A DNA stretch of 50,734 nt, counting the filler, from Sphacelaria rigidula (Eukaryota): NCBI GenBank assembly GCA_964200075.2. It is 3 parts of 3 records of this genome, joined end to end, with 100 filler letters (N's around TTAATTAATTAA, not from the genome) between each part and the next. Parts side by side here need not be neighbours in the genome. Positions count along the whole stretch, not along the records: positions 33,892 to 50,734 come from CAXNAA020001239.1; 2 more parts are not named here. The stretch is one strand, 5' to 3'. Below, in pieces: positions 37,901 through 50,565 of the stretch (positions are counted from its first letter, which is position 1; every line of letters begins with the position of its first letter). A program made the translations under genes and the position numbers. Below the pieces are notes generated by a model, which saw only the letters and a program-made list of their open reading frames with translations, had not been told where the DNA came from and did not search any database.

Positions 37901-39660
37901 CACTATACATAAATAGAATGTCCCGGAAGAGAAAAAGCGTTTCTGTGACCTCAAGACATTAAATTCATGTAAAGTACGAAGTAGTATTTTAGTGTACCAG
38001 CTGATGGTGGATGCTCACTGTAAGGTCAACGCCCGACTCTCAATCGTTGTGAGGTCGACTCATCCGACACAAAAACGCGAGTGTTTGATAATGGCGCGTG
38101 AAAACACCAGCCGCATTTTGATATCAGTCCCTGCAATGTATATGTACAAGAAGTACGAAAGACATCGCATTCCACGTACAAACCCGTTACGAAAGACATT
38201 GCATTTTTGATATCAGTCCCTGTCTGTCCGATTCGCGCAGCGCGGAGATGTCGGTACAAAATACTACCCTCAACACGACGGAGTACATGGAGCACAGAGC
38301 GCAAGGTGGATAGATCACAGTAAGGTAGCGTAAGTGCAAATCGCGCAGCAAACAAAAGCGCTAGGTACGAACGGCAGGAGAAGAGAGTGTACAGCACGCA
38401 GGGTACACGCTGATCTTCAAGTGAGGGTCCTCCCTGCCGGACTGCTGCACTTCTTGTACCGATTGCGCCGTACGGTACATAGGTACATGTGCCATGCGGT
38501 CCATAACCGGGGACCGAGGCGCCCGATACGCGAAGTCAAATAAAATAGACAAGCAGTGAAGGCTGGTTTCCACTTTCGTCTCCTGGTGCAGTGTAGTGCA
38601 GTAAAACATCGCACATATCTTCTGCTTGCACAGACATGATGAGCACTACAGAACAAATCATACAGAACAGGATAAGTACCATCACACCAACACTCACCGC
38701 ATCGTCCACCTTTGTGAGTCCTCCTTTCCGGTCGGTACCCGCACCCGCCGACACCATCTCCATCGCAGGCGGCGCCGCCCCAACAGCAACATCTTCCAGC
38801 CTCTTCGTCGACACAGCCTCCGCCGCAGCTGCAATGGCGACCATGTTGAGCGCCCCGTATGATCCCGCGATCCCGTGATAACCGGGCACCTGCGTGAGAA
38901 GCTCGACCACAGCATCAATCCCTTGGAATCGGTCCACGCGGTCCTGGCCCGCGCTGCCGTCCGCGGGAAGGTTCCGTCGCATTGCTTCCTCGAGGGTTTC
39001 GTTAGCAGTTCCACAAGGTGGAGGGAAGAACACGACTTGTTTCGGCGACATCGTTGATAATGTAGGTGTGGTTCCCTGTAGCTCTTGTGGGCTTGATGTC
39101 GCATTTCCTGATGTCACCATCGTGATCGCCGCTGTATGCGCTGCTGCAGCAACGGTTGCTGATGAGGTTGCATCGACAGGGTCGTGTACTTCGCTGCCGC
39201 CCCCTTCTTGGGAGTGGGCACAGGCATCGCTGATGTCTTCTTGTTTTTGCTGGGGTTGCTTTTCGACAACATCGGTTCCGTCACACTGGGTCATCCTACC
39301 GCAAGGCGGCCCGCAATCGGTGCCGTTTTGGCTGCTGCTGCAGCTGCTGCTTGTGGTTCTTAGCATCCGATCCCCTCCATCGGCATCTGTTATCTCCAAA
39401 GATTTACGAATGGGTGAGCCTGCTGTGGTAGCAGCGGCCGCGGCCGCCTTTACGTTATCACCGAAGTTTGACAAAGCGCCGATCGGCGCAGTAGCAGTGG
39501 GGCAACTATTGCTCTTGTACCGCCAGCCCACTTTAGCCAGAGCTGGCCAAACCCTCGCCCAGAAAGACCGCTCGTCTTCCCCTGATATCGGCATGTTCGC
39601 CCCCTTCTGTTCCCTTCGACTGCCCTCCCCGGATTTTCGGTGAGTAGTACGGGACCCACA
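34988..39660 (-). CDS. Large S/A/G/T-rich protein with a repeated W-x-x-L-x(3,4)-GW domain; exons ~39660-38698, 37324-35849, 35131-34988 (a possible upstream exon at 40402-40253)
   Basis: Long ORFs of 352 and 510 aa, gtgagt donors next to 38698 and 35849, cag acceptors next to 37324 and 35131, all phase 0. The join reads KEYKKVIDD-VIWPSLVKEHGWRKLPG. The gene continues beyond the LINE and gap. Confidence 0.85.
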
Positions 39661-40827
39661 ACTTGCTCCTGTTTCCCTCCTGTGCCCTCGTACTTAATTT
39701 CCTTTCGTTGTTCCTTGGAGCGAACCAGTTTCGGAGCCCAGCAGAGACGGGATTTTGAGGGAAAACAAAAACGAAAAAAAGAAACAAGGCGAGGACAGTA
39801 CAATGCACAGTGTGGAACAGTACATAACAGTCAGCACTGTACAGTCAGGACGGTACAGCAGCCTAAGCGAAACACAGCTCGAAAACCAGTTTCCGTTTTC
39901 AGGCATGATTCGTAAAATGAGTTCTCATCATCTTCGAGCTCTCGGTCGATTGCCCGATGTCCGGCCAGCTGTGTTGTTTATCATCGCGTATATCGGAACC
40001 AATGTCGCTGATGACCACTTGTGTCTCAGTGGTGTATGATATATCTCAACAAACGATGTCGCAGATAGGAACAACGCAAATCATAAAATAAAAAAACCTC
40101 GCTTGCATTTTTCATCTTCTCGCCAAAACAAAAAATCACGTTACCCCGAAGTCGCTCCTTCCCCCTCATCGGGCCTGCCCCCTACTCACAGACGACCGAC
40201 AGGGATGTATCACCCTCTCGCATAATTCAACAGTAGTATACGAATGGCTAACCGCGTTCGGGGAGGGGGAACGGAGGGGTGCAAGGATGCGTGCTGTCGG
40301 GTCGTTCACCGTCGGAGCTCTCACGACCTGCGCGGCCGAATTCTGAATGGTTTGAGTTCGCCGGGCGGGTGATCGTTTGTTGTGCGCGGCCAGCTCTCTC
40401 ACCTGGTGTTCGTTTTGTCGCCGATTTTACGGGTGTGCGTTTCGCCCGATTTATATCAAGAAATACTCTTATCGGTGGCTGGTGTCCCCCGCTCGCGTGC
40501 GTCTCGTCCGTGTCTATTCGGGCAAGTCCGGGAGGTGAGATTAAGATTGGGTACTTCGGAGATGCGTGTGGGATAACGAAGGTACGCCTCTTGGTAGTTG
40601 CCTCCCCGTTTTTTGTGCTGAGGCGTTTTGGTTTTCAAATATGTGGGGAATTGTACACGATCGGATGATGGTCCAGCTTGTCTCCTGGTATATCGAGGGA
40701 GGCACAACTCGTGATACAATACTGTAGTGCGGCCCTGTACTCGTGTTGTGCAGGCAGCTGTACCAGAAAGATTACGCCCTCCTCGACTTTGCGTCTTGCA
40801 GGTACTGTATCTTTTCAAAGTTATTAG

Positions 40828-41036
40828 AGGTATCTCACACTCGCTTCCCGGTTTCCTGGTTTATTTGCTGGCTCTGGGTTTTGAACTATTTTTAAAGTAA
40901 AAGTGACAGCGTTTCATAGGACGACTTGACCTGGCGGTCAAAAGGTTTCATTATCCGACGAATAGGCATCGCTTTCACTTGAAAAAAAAAGGAACAAAAC
41001 AAACTAAGAAACCGGAAACCGAGTTTGAGATACGCC
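40828..41036. mobile_element. PIF/Harbinger (Tourist)-like MITE
   Basis: gtatctcacactcgcttcccggtttcctggttt pairs with aaactaagaaaccggaaaccgagtttgagatac; TAG on both flanks. Confidence 0.75.
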
Positions 41037-41765
41037 TAGTAGGCCGTTAAATGCACCTATTCCATCAGGTCGCAGACAAGGACGGACCTCATTATCAGCC
41101 CCCGTGATCCGCCCGTCGAGTAAATGTTACTAGCCGATACCCCCATTTCCCGAATGAATCGATTTGCCTTGAAAACGCTTGTGAGTGTAGCAAGTTGCGT
41201 CTACGATATGTTACCGTTCTTCAAGGCAAATCGGTTAGAACAGAATCGATACTCCACCTATAATAGTTCACCTAAGTTTTTGACAGTCAAGTGAGAGAAG
41301 GGGAGAGACGGGGACTACTCATGAAGTTCGCTCTTGGAGGGGTAATGATTTAGCTGGTGATAATAAAAGGTCATCACTACACGCCACTCGCAATATAATC
41401 CCCTCAAACCACCAAAACATATGCGCATCTATTGTACAGATGGGAGAACGCGTGCCCGTCGGTGTTATCTCTGCGCACCACGGACTATAAAACAAACGCA
41501 AGCACGCACACGCACACACACGGCTCCACACGAAAAGCCCCCCTATCGAACACGCCTCCATTCCATTCTCATGCTGACTTCGGCAGTCTCAGAACAGATT
41601 CAACTCTCTTGAAATGACATCCTCGGCACTGGGTAAGACGTAGCAGCTGTAAGAGTAGCCCAGAGCAGCATCCTCGCGATCCCTACTTGAATTAGCAACT
41701 TACCCTGTATCGTCCCTCAAGGATCTAAAAGATATAACGGAGAACCGGCAGTACCCGTACATGGT

Positions 41766-44700
41766 ATGGACGGAAAGCGAAAGCGGAGGCCGACCAACTG
41801 GGCGGGTTTTCTCACAGAAGACAAGCAATTTGACTCCTTCATACCCCCAGCATCGATAAACAGCAACCCCGCCAGTACCACCACCAGCGCTGTCGCGACA
41901 GCCGCCGCCACTATAGCCACAAATAGCAGCAATAATGAGACCGTGCCCCAATCGTCGTTAAACAGCAGCGCTACCACTCTTGGACAAGCAGCTGGAGGGT
42001 GGGGTGCGAACGGAGCTGCTGCGGCATCTGAGGGTGCACCCCCGGGTCACAGCACTGCATCATCGCAGATACACACGATGTATAGCACCGGCAACCAACC
42101 GGTGGCGCCGTCACACCATATGTCGACGCGTCCAAGGCACAACAGTAGTAGTAGCAGCAGCAGTAACAACAACGCAGCAGCTTCGGGGACTGGGGGGTGT
42201 CCGTCATCTGTGAAGAAGATACCTGGGGTGCAGAATGCCACCCGCAAGGCGCTCGAGTGGCTCCAGCACGGTGATATGACTTTGATCGAGCTTGCCCAGC
42301 ATTTGCCCAAGTTGTCCAAGGCGAGGGTGGAGGTGGTCATGGAGGCACTCAGAGCGGCGGGGCTCGTTTCGTTCGTCCGAAAGCATGCATTGGACGCATC
42401 AGTGAGTACGTAGCAGCTGCGGCGTTCAGGACAGTATATGTCGCACCCCTTGCATCATGATTGGTGTCTTCGCATCAGTGTCAGTACCAATCGATTTGTT
42501 TGAAATTGCCGTTTCAAGCCGCCTTTCGAGCCAGATGCACACTTGCTGCAAGTGTACGACACTTTCCCTTGCTGTACTATTTATAGAATCATTCGTTCGA
42601 AGAGGAATCAGTGTTATAGCAAGTCGCTGTGTGCGTGTCTATTGGGGCCTTCGAGGCATGGGTGTGGTAACTCTAGCAGCAATGTGGTAGCCCTGTGCTT
42701 CCAGACCATACTCGGTGGCTTCCCGTGGTATTCTGACGCGCGGTCTAAAATGGGTTGAGCCGGTGGGTACTGTGCCGTATTGTACCTGCCAGAGCTCCCT
42801 GTTTGTAGCTGGAGAATGCTTGTGTCACAGTAGCTGGTGATGCCACGGTATTTACTGCTGTACTGTGAACAGGTCAGCATTGGTAAGGTGTTGTAGACAC
42901 TACACCACTCAGCAATGTGCTTCGCAACTGTCGGTTGCGGTGTACTATTCGTCTGGGGAAAAGCCCCCGCCGATTTCGCGCACTGATTGTCCAAAGTTCA
43001 AGTTTCACTCTCCCGATGTCACACCGAAGTGCAGTTCAAGATCTGCTTCGCCTGCCGAGAACGTCAGCTGCTCCTGTGCCTGTGCCCCCGTTTGAATCCC
43101 TGGTGTCGACTCGTCGCCGTCACACGGGAGAGGTCCCGTAACCATGCCCACAGGGTGTCGGTCGCCGTACTGACAGTGTTGGTGACGCGGGCCTTTTTTC
43201 TGGTCCGTGTCTTGGTGTAAAGTTTCTAGGAGTTATTGTTATTTGTGCTAAACACACAGTACACGCTAGTCAAGTACGTGTTGCAGACAGTATTTAGGAA
43301 TAGCACTACGCACGTTGTAAGGATTGAGTCCGCATATAGTACGCGCGGAGTGCCCTCTGAAAAGCGTCATCAGATTGACTCAACAAGACAATCAGGTCAG
43401 CCATGTGTTACCCGCAAATCGCATGTGGCGTCAGGCCAGAACAATCGGCAGTCGGTACATTGCATACTCCGGACGAGCACGAGTATGACTCGTGGCACTC
43501 GCGCTCGTTGGACTCCTCGTTGGTCGTTTTCGGAGGTCCTCGAGCACTCGAGTCATTGCTTCTTGTGGAAAAATTAATAGGGCGAGCACTCGAGTCGTTG
43601 CTCGTTGTGAGAAAATTAATAGGGTGAGTACTCGGGTCATTTCTCACCGGGGGAAAATTACGAGGGCGAGTATTCGAGTCATCGATCGTTGTGGAAAAAT
43701 CAAGAGAGCGAGCACTCGAGTCATTGCTCGTGGTGAACGACTTGATTCGAGGAGTCAGCAATCCGACGAGCAAATAATTATAATGAGCTCCTCGACTATC
43801 TTGAACCTATTATCTTCAAGTCCATATGCATATCTGCACATGAGCCAGCGTCAAAAGCTCCAAAGCGGACCAGGGTAGTATCCCACGTCGCGAATCATGA
43901 AGAGGATATATGGTGTTTTTAGACTGTGGTGCCTTCACGGTCGCGCCAGAAAACCTGGCGTATGTGCAAGGCATCTTGTGCGTGTACAAGGTATACCAAG
44001 GAGAACAACATCGACATCGCACATGCCCTCAAATCGTTTCGAAAACACCCAATATCTTTGGACATGCATCGTTTCGAATAGGTGAGTTGAACCGTGCAGG
44101 CAGTAGGTGCGAATGGGTACTAGACAGTGAATGCGCATCCGTTGTGTGAACTGCGAATATATCTGTAATAAGTCATCGGCAATGCCAAGTGGAGGCGGAG
44201 CCGCACTGGCGAATGCAGGGAGCCTGAGGTGGTCCGGAGTACTATACCAGCATGAAAGCCGCAGCCGCCAATAGCAAGAATGCTGCGGCTTTTTTGCTTG
44301 TACAGTGCTTCGCACCACCGCAGGCTCCCTGTATTCGCTAGTGCGGCTCCGCCCACGTGATAGAAATACACTGTCAAGCGCTAGGTAGCTGGCTGTATCG
44401 CCTGAGCGGGGCATTGCTGATGACTTCTCCACACGTCGGACGATCTTGACTGACTCGTGGCACTCGCACTCGTTGGGCTGCTCGTCGGCCGTTTGTGGAG
44501 GTCTTCGAGCCCTCGAGTCATCGTTCGTTGTGGGAAAATTAATAGGGCGAGTACTCGAGTCATTTCTCGTCGGGAGAAATTCATGGGGCGAGTACTCGAG
44601 TCATTGCTGGTTGTGGAAAAAGCAATGGGGCGAGTACTCAAGTCATGCTTGTTGTGTTTTCAGAAAACATGAACGGGTGCACTCGTTTTGGACGAGAAAT

Positions 44701-47222
44701 GACTCGTCCGATGTGTGGTAAACTGCCAGTTGACGGTGTGTGTGGTATGTTGTCATACCACGTATTCTAGATACCCGTCTGCACCTTACGGTACATGTTG
44801 GCGCAAGAGGAAGGTCAAACTATGAGTTTTTTTCCCTCTTGTTTCACTTACCCACCCCCCTTTTGCGATGCTTGCCTTTTCCTTTTTCATCGCAAGGGTT
44901 CAGCGGTCCCTTTCCCTCGTCGACCGTGAAATCGAATCTAGTGCACCCGTGAGATGGTAATTCTCCATCGTTGAGCATGATGTGAGAATACTGGTCCAAT
45001 TCTCGGTGGCAGGGTGTATGACAGGTACGGCGGAAGAGATTGATTCTTACCCCGAGACTGATAACTTGTCCTGAGGAAGGGGAAGGAAACAAAAGTATAT
45101 CGGAGAAGGATGGGAAAGAAAGATGGCATCACGACCATGCCGTGCAGCGAAACAAGAGGAGTACGAAAAAATGATGACCCTGAAGATATCATCGTGGTTG
45201 TCACGCTTCCCCCCGTGTCTTACTAACTGCGCGTGACACCATGCAAGACTACACAATACAGTACCTTTCATGACTACATTAATGAACTTGTTGTAGCTAC
45301 TTCGCACTTACTGCCCGCTCTTGGGTGTGCCGTCCGTGGTGGTTATCCCTGATATTCTGCATCCACGGCCATTACTCCTGTTTTCCGTTGCCAGCTCTGT
45401 CACCCCAGCTTCACCCCACTACGGCACCAGCACTTCAGTTGTCGCAACTTTCTGAACACCTCTACGTTCCGTTTGTTTATTTTTCTGTTTCTTTTGGCCC
45501 AACAAACGACGACGACGACCACCGCCGCCACAAAAACCCGAAAGGGACATGACCACATCACTGAAGTCTACCGGTTCTCGGCGGGATGCTCCGCAGCCGA
45601 AGCCCTCGAAATCGGGGGAGGCTGTCCCGTGACCCTGGGTACGATATCTAAGCGCATAAAGACTACAGAGTCTGAGCTTGCAGGGTTGAAGGAGCGGATC
45701 GACGTTCTCAAGGTATTTTTTTTAGCTCGAGAGGCTGTCCCCGGTGCCCTCATCAGCCATGTCGTTGTTTTCACCGCGCCAAGAGCCACACTTGACACCA
45801 TGCATTGTGGATCGCGTGATAATTGTACTGTTCGGGTGTATCAAGTGGTGCGATTTTGGCCGTTGAAAAGTTCAAATGCTATGCGCCCGCTTGGTGAATG
45901 TGCACGCCGCGAAGTCTCGTGGCGTGAGTACATGTGGCGTGCCACCACCGTTGGATGGTAACACTATCAACGGGGGGTATGCGAGCTGAACGTAGTTACA
46001 GTGTCAAGATCAGCCCAGGACTTACCGGATGCTGAGAGTGGTGAAGTTGAGACTTTTTGAAGCGCCATTTTTTCTCGCTCTCGAGGCTGCAAGGGAGTGG
46101 ATAACGACGTGTGTTGCTTAAATAGCACGGGCCGGTACCGAGTTGCGTCGGAACGCTCGACCGAGGGAATGCTGTAGATTCGTATGATGTTAGTATTGTC
46201 TCGCAAGGGCTTTGTTTTTTCTTGCTGTGGGAGTTCTAGATGTGGCGTCGCGGGACGGGAATCCAGATGTTAATACTGAACCGACCTGTTCGCCAACGGT
46301 CGACTGACAAAACATGGTTTGCTACGCGAAATATCGTGAATAATCATTATCCCCTGTCATGGAGAGATACCACCTCAATCTTATGTCAACGGACCGCCTG
46401 TGCTTTCAGCGTGACGGGTGCGACTTCCACGAGCCGAAACTCTGGTGCTTGCCTTATTCCCACCCTATTGCAAACAGTATCCATCAACCATTAGGGATTC
46501 CTTTCAATGAATCGCCTCGTTTTTTTCGTGTTTGCATGTGCGGCGCAAATCCTCAGGCGGAAGCATCTAAACCAGCGCCAAGCCCGCAGAACGTCCTCGA
46601 GATCTTGCGCCACTTCATGAAGTCGGACAGATCATTGGATGAAGACCCCTTCTACACCGTGGCCTACAAGGCAACCACCGCTGCCGCGGCCAAGGCCGCG
46701 AAGGCGGCGGCGGCGGCCAGAGCAGCAGCTAAAGCAGCCACCGACGCCCTGGTTTCCGAAAGAGTCGCTGCCGCCACCAAAAAGGCGGCAGATGAGGCCG
46801 CCACTGTCGAAGCAAACAACGCCAAGTTGTTAGCCGCGTCGGTGGCAGCGGCCGCTGCCGACAACACGAAGGCAGCGAACACGGCCGCGGCGGCCAGATC
46901 TAAACAAGCGCTGCATCATCAGCAGGCAGCAGCTGCTGGGGGGTCCAGTAACAACGTTCGCTCTGGTCCCGGCAGTAGTAGCGCTCCAGTCGTTCCAGGC
47001 GCGAGTGTGGCGAAACCTGAAAGCGTCGTTCGGACAGCGGAGCACCGGGGGGCTTCTATGGGAGCGGCGGCGTCGGCTTTTGTGGGGGCACTTGCCGATG
47101 GCCCTGTCTTGGGTGCACCTGGTGGTGGTGGTGGTAGTAGTTGTTCTAGTGGTGTTGTTGATGCTGGTGTTGTGGGTGCTGCTGCCAGACCAGTAGAAGA
47201 AAAGCCTCCAGAGAAGCGGTAG
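41766..47222 (+). CDS. Putative nuclear winged-helix plus coiled-coil protein, ~489 aa; exons 41766-42401, 45545-45712, 46557-47222
   Basis: All junctions are phase 0 with GT/AG. Contains NLS-like KRKRR, wHTH-like ATRKALEWLQHGDMTLIELAQHLPKLSKARVEVVMEALRAAGLV, heptad ISKRIKTTESELAGLKERIDVLK and an Ala-rich tail. Confidence 0.85.
43463..43800. repeat. Element containing a 42-bp tandem minisatellite (about 5 units from 43542)
   Basis: gagcactcgagtcattgcttcttgtggaaaaattaatagggc-like units start at 43542, 43584, 43626, 43668 and 43710. Confidence 0.85.
44430..44717. mobile_element. Second copy of the 42-bp-unit element, with CAC...GTG terminal inverted repeats
   Basis: cacacgtcggacga / tcgtccgatgtgtg; same leader (gactcgtggcactcgc) and units as 43463-43800. 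No clear TSD. Confidence 0.75.
44735..44950 (-). mobile_element. SINE family 1, 3' portion
   Basis: gggttcagcggtccctttccctcgtcgaccgtgaaatcgaatctagtgcacccg is the reverse complement of the body at ~8463-8516. Confidence 0.75.
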
Positions 47223-47759
47223 CGTGGGCCAGGAGGCCGGACTGTAGCTTGTTGTGGTCTATTGTAATAGTGTACCTTGAGAGTACCGAAATGTCTGTAA
47301 TGTTTGTTCGCTAGAAGTTCTTTTATCTAATGCATCGGAGCCATAGAGTACAATATATCGTGGAGGAGGATAATTCAAAAGCTGATTCTTCAATTGTGGC
47401 TTTGCATGCCGCTGCACCTGGTGCAGCGAAAGAGAGGTTCCCGTCCGTTGCAGCAATCACGACACTTCGTACCAGGTAATCATTTTTGCCGCTTCCTATT
47501 TTGGGCAAATCGCGAGCAGGTTGGGGAACATAGCCAATCGCCACGAGCTGTGCGTGTACTGACGACATGTTGATGTTGCGATGGGATGACTGAGTTCACG
47601 AGGGCTACAAATAAGGACGAAGCAGCGAGTGCGCACTGTTTTCACCACATTGTGAAACAAATTCACACGCTGTGTGAACGCCGTCGCGCCCTGGTGGTTG
47701 CACTGATGTCTTCCTATATTGCTATAATCAATGCGACGTGAAATTGAGAATCCAGAGTA

Positions 47760-48118
47760 TGCCGGTCGCCCCGGTGGCTCAGTCGGTAACCTCGACACCT
47801 TCTGACGGTTGGGTCGTGGGTTCAAGTCTTGGAGCGATCTGGGATTTTTTCTCACACGATGACCAACACTGGAGAGCGACTATGTCGTGGGTACACAAAA
47901 TGCGAGTTAGCGGTCGACGAGGGGAAACTGCTAAACGCCTCCGGCGATGAAAAATAAAGGCAAGCACCGCAGGAGGACGTAGGGTTTTAAACACAGAAAA
48001 AAAAGAAAAGCTCCGGTGTTGACCTTCCTCCTGTGTGACCTCGGCTGGTGCGCCCACACATACCGAAAGGTGTAGACCGGCGCCCAAAAGAGATGGAAGA
48101 ACACACACACAACACAAT
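47760..48118 (+). mobile_element. Full-length tRNA-derived SINE (family 1)
   Basis: A box tggctcagtcggt, B box gggttcaagtc, body shared with three other copies, AC-rich tail. Confidence 0.85.
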
Positions 48119-49028
48119 GTTGATCGAGAGTGACTTTTATTGTTCGATCTGACCTCACCGTTACTCTCTTTTTGTTGTGTGCACTTATCGTCGCTGGTAA
48201 CGCTGTCGTGTGCTTACAGCTGTATCCTACTCTCGGATATCAAAGGCTTCAGTGGCAAGCTACAATGGTACAGAAGGCCTATGGGGTCTCGCATAAGGGC
48301 CGGAGGGGCATTTCGAGACTGGAAGTAATAAATTCATTTGTTGTTCGCTTCTCACTCGATCTCACGAAAACATTTGCAATCAGTAGTTCACGCGAAATTA
48401 TAAAATCCGAACCGGACTTGGACGGTTGCACACCCTGGACAACATATATGATCCATAGACGCATTAGACAAGTACTGTACTGAGTGAAGTACGGGAATAT
48501 TGCAACTCCTGTTGTCGGTCAGCTAGTTGCAATAGACCTACACTTCATCCGATACATTTTCGGTCTATTGAGTGTATCAACGATGTATCGTCCAGGGTGT
48601 GGGCTTTGCGTCTTGTCTCTTCGAATTTCTTGGTCCGAAAACGTCAGAGCGAAGATTGACGGGAAAAAGCAGCACAAGCAGTGTCGACGGAATGCGGCAG
48701 CAACGACGTTTTCGTGAGATGAATCTTGGGTCGATCGGAAGTGAGTTGCATTATTTGCTGTCACCTGACCAATTTTTCAATGTGTGTTTTTCTTTGCCTC
48801 CAACACCGTCGTATGCCTACAGCTACACGTCGATATCCTAATCGGGGATATGGAAGGCTTCAGTGGCAAGCTACCACAGAAAGCGCGTTTCGAAACTGAA
48901 CCTCGTTCATTTACTGATCGCTCCTCACTCTCAATATCACGGAGACGTTTTTGAGTGTGTCAAGCCAACGATCGATGGTAACAAAATGCAAGTCCAGTGA
49001 GGAAGGGGGGTGAGTTATTGGACTCACT

Positions 49029-49586
49029 CCACGAAAAGGGGTAAAGTCGGGCACCGCGGCAAAGTAGGCACGGAACTGTGAACTCATTTCGGTGGCGAAG
49101 GCTACTGAAACATGTACTTGCATCTGGTGGCGTACTGCGGTGCGTGTACTGTTCGGACCGTGAAGTGTCGCCAAAGTACGTATTGTGGAGAAAATCAAAC
49201 TCGCCCGGATTCAGGGGACTCCAGCGCCTACTGTTCCATAAAGAAACGCAGCAAAACAATGCTTGCACCTACCGTGTCGGGCGTTTCCAACAGAAGTCGC
49301 TAAATATTCCGTAAGCTATCTTCATGACATTGACACTGGTGCTCTGAATGAGTAAACGGAGTGTGAGACAGCAGAGAAAAACGCAAGTAAGACGCGTGTG
49401 AACTCATCATACAGAAGAAATCCACCACGAACTGTTTCATTCCTGTTGTTGAAAAATGTCTTCTCAATTTCCAAGTCGAAACAGATCGCAAATAATAAAT
49501 TTACCCTTCCGGTGACGCCCTCATAACGCCTAGATCTCCCACCCACGCCGCATCTGCCTTGAATCTCGCCCTCACTCGCTGCCACC
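49029..49586 (-). CDS. Two possible exons (~49586-49505 and ~49134-49029) of an unknown gene
   Basis: AG/GT boundaries (gtaaat, gtgagt) and compatible phase: WQRVRARFKADAAWVGDLGVMRASPEG-TPPDASTCFSSLRHRNEFTVPCLLCRGARLYPFSW. Confidence 0.35.
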
Positions 49587-50359
49587 TATCTCACTGATTT
49601 TGATTTGGTCAACTGATCGTTTATAACGACAAAACACCAGAAAATAGAGTCAACGATTGGTGAGTAACTTGGCTGCGGAACATCACCATTGTAGGTACCT
49701 ACCGTGTAGTGCAGCACTCCGGGAACCTAGTCTTCGAACTCCGCACCCTGACGGACGACAAAGCGACTGCGATTTTTGCCCGTCAGCTTTACCCGGCTCG
49801 CCGATTCGTGTTGGCATCACGCAATGTCTTCATATTTCTTCTTTCTTGAAGGAAGGACAAAACCTCATTCAGTAGATACCCCACGAGCGGGTTCGTGCGC
49901 CGGTTACCCGTAGGCTAGGCTAGACCGCCTCACGAATGGGTAGGCGTCCCGTACATCGTCTGATGTGCACTTTCATACATTCAGGCGGCGAATTTAGCTT
50001 AGAAGAGAACAATATTTCTGTAGCTGGTGACCATGTGCTACAAGATCAAGGTGAGTAAGCAGAGCCGCCCGAGTGAGGGGGTAGGGGGGGGGTACTGATG
50101 ATCTCGCATCCCTACAATACATGAGGGGGTGTACTCATGATCATGCATGCAATAGTCGTGGGACCATATACAGTACATGAGGGGGAGGGATGTACTCATG
50201 ATCATGCATGCCATAAGTCATCAGACCATTGACCTCGCATCCCTACAAAGCCGGGACGGAGCACGCCGAGGGGGGGGGGGAGTGGACATTGTGCTTTGCA
50301 AGTGGGGATAATGTCCCACAGTCATCATCAGTCATATACATTATCTTCCATTACGTCAT

Positions 50360-50565
50360 CAAAAAAACAGCACGGGCAGTCAAGTGTCGACTGCAACGTC
50401 ATGTACAGGGTGAGCGGAAACTCGTCACACACGTCCAAACGCTTTCAGAAAATATTGTCGGTTTATTGCGTAAAGAGAAGAGACAAGAGGGTTGCGCCCG
50501 CCACGCCTTCAACTTGGAAAAACAACACTGGGCGCCTCGTCTCACACATGAAACGCCACAACGGG
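50360..50565 (+). pseudogene. Frameshifted BED-type zinc-finger relic, probably a hAT transposase N-terminus
   Basis: AVKCRL...GC in one frame and NNTGRLVSHMKRH in the adjacent frame. Short repeated motifs upstream (50095-50250) resemble subterminal repeats. Confidence 0.45.

Noticed and set aside
43542..43745. CRISPR-like array of 42-bp units
   Set aside because: Units are similar along their whole length with no unique spacers, there are no cas genes, and the context is a eukaryotic intron.
47390..47480. Cys-rich KCRDCCNGREPLFRCTRC peptide as a zinc finger
   Set aside because: Short, no supported exon boundaries, and could arise by chance.
47760..47840. tRNA gene
   Set aside because: A and B boxes are present but no convincing cloverleaf, and it runs straight into a repeated SINE body. 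The same applies at 26176-26260.
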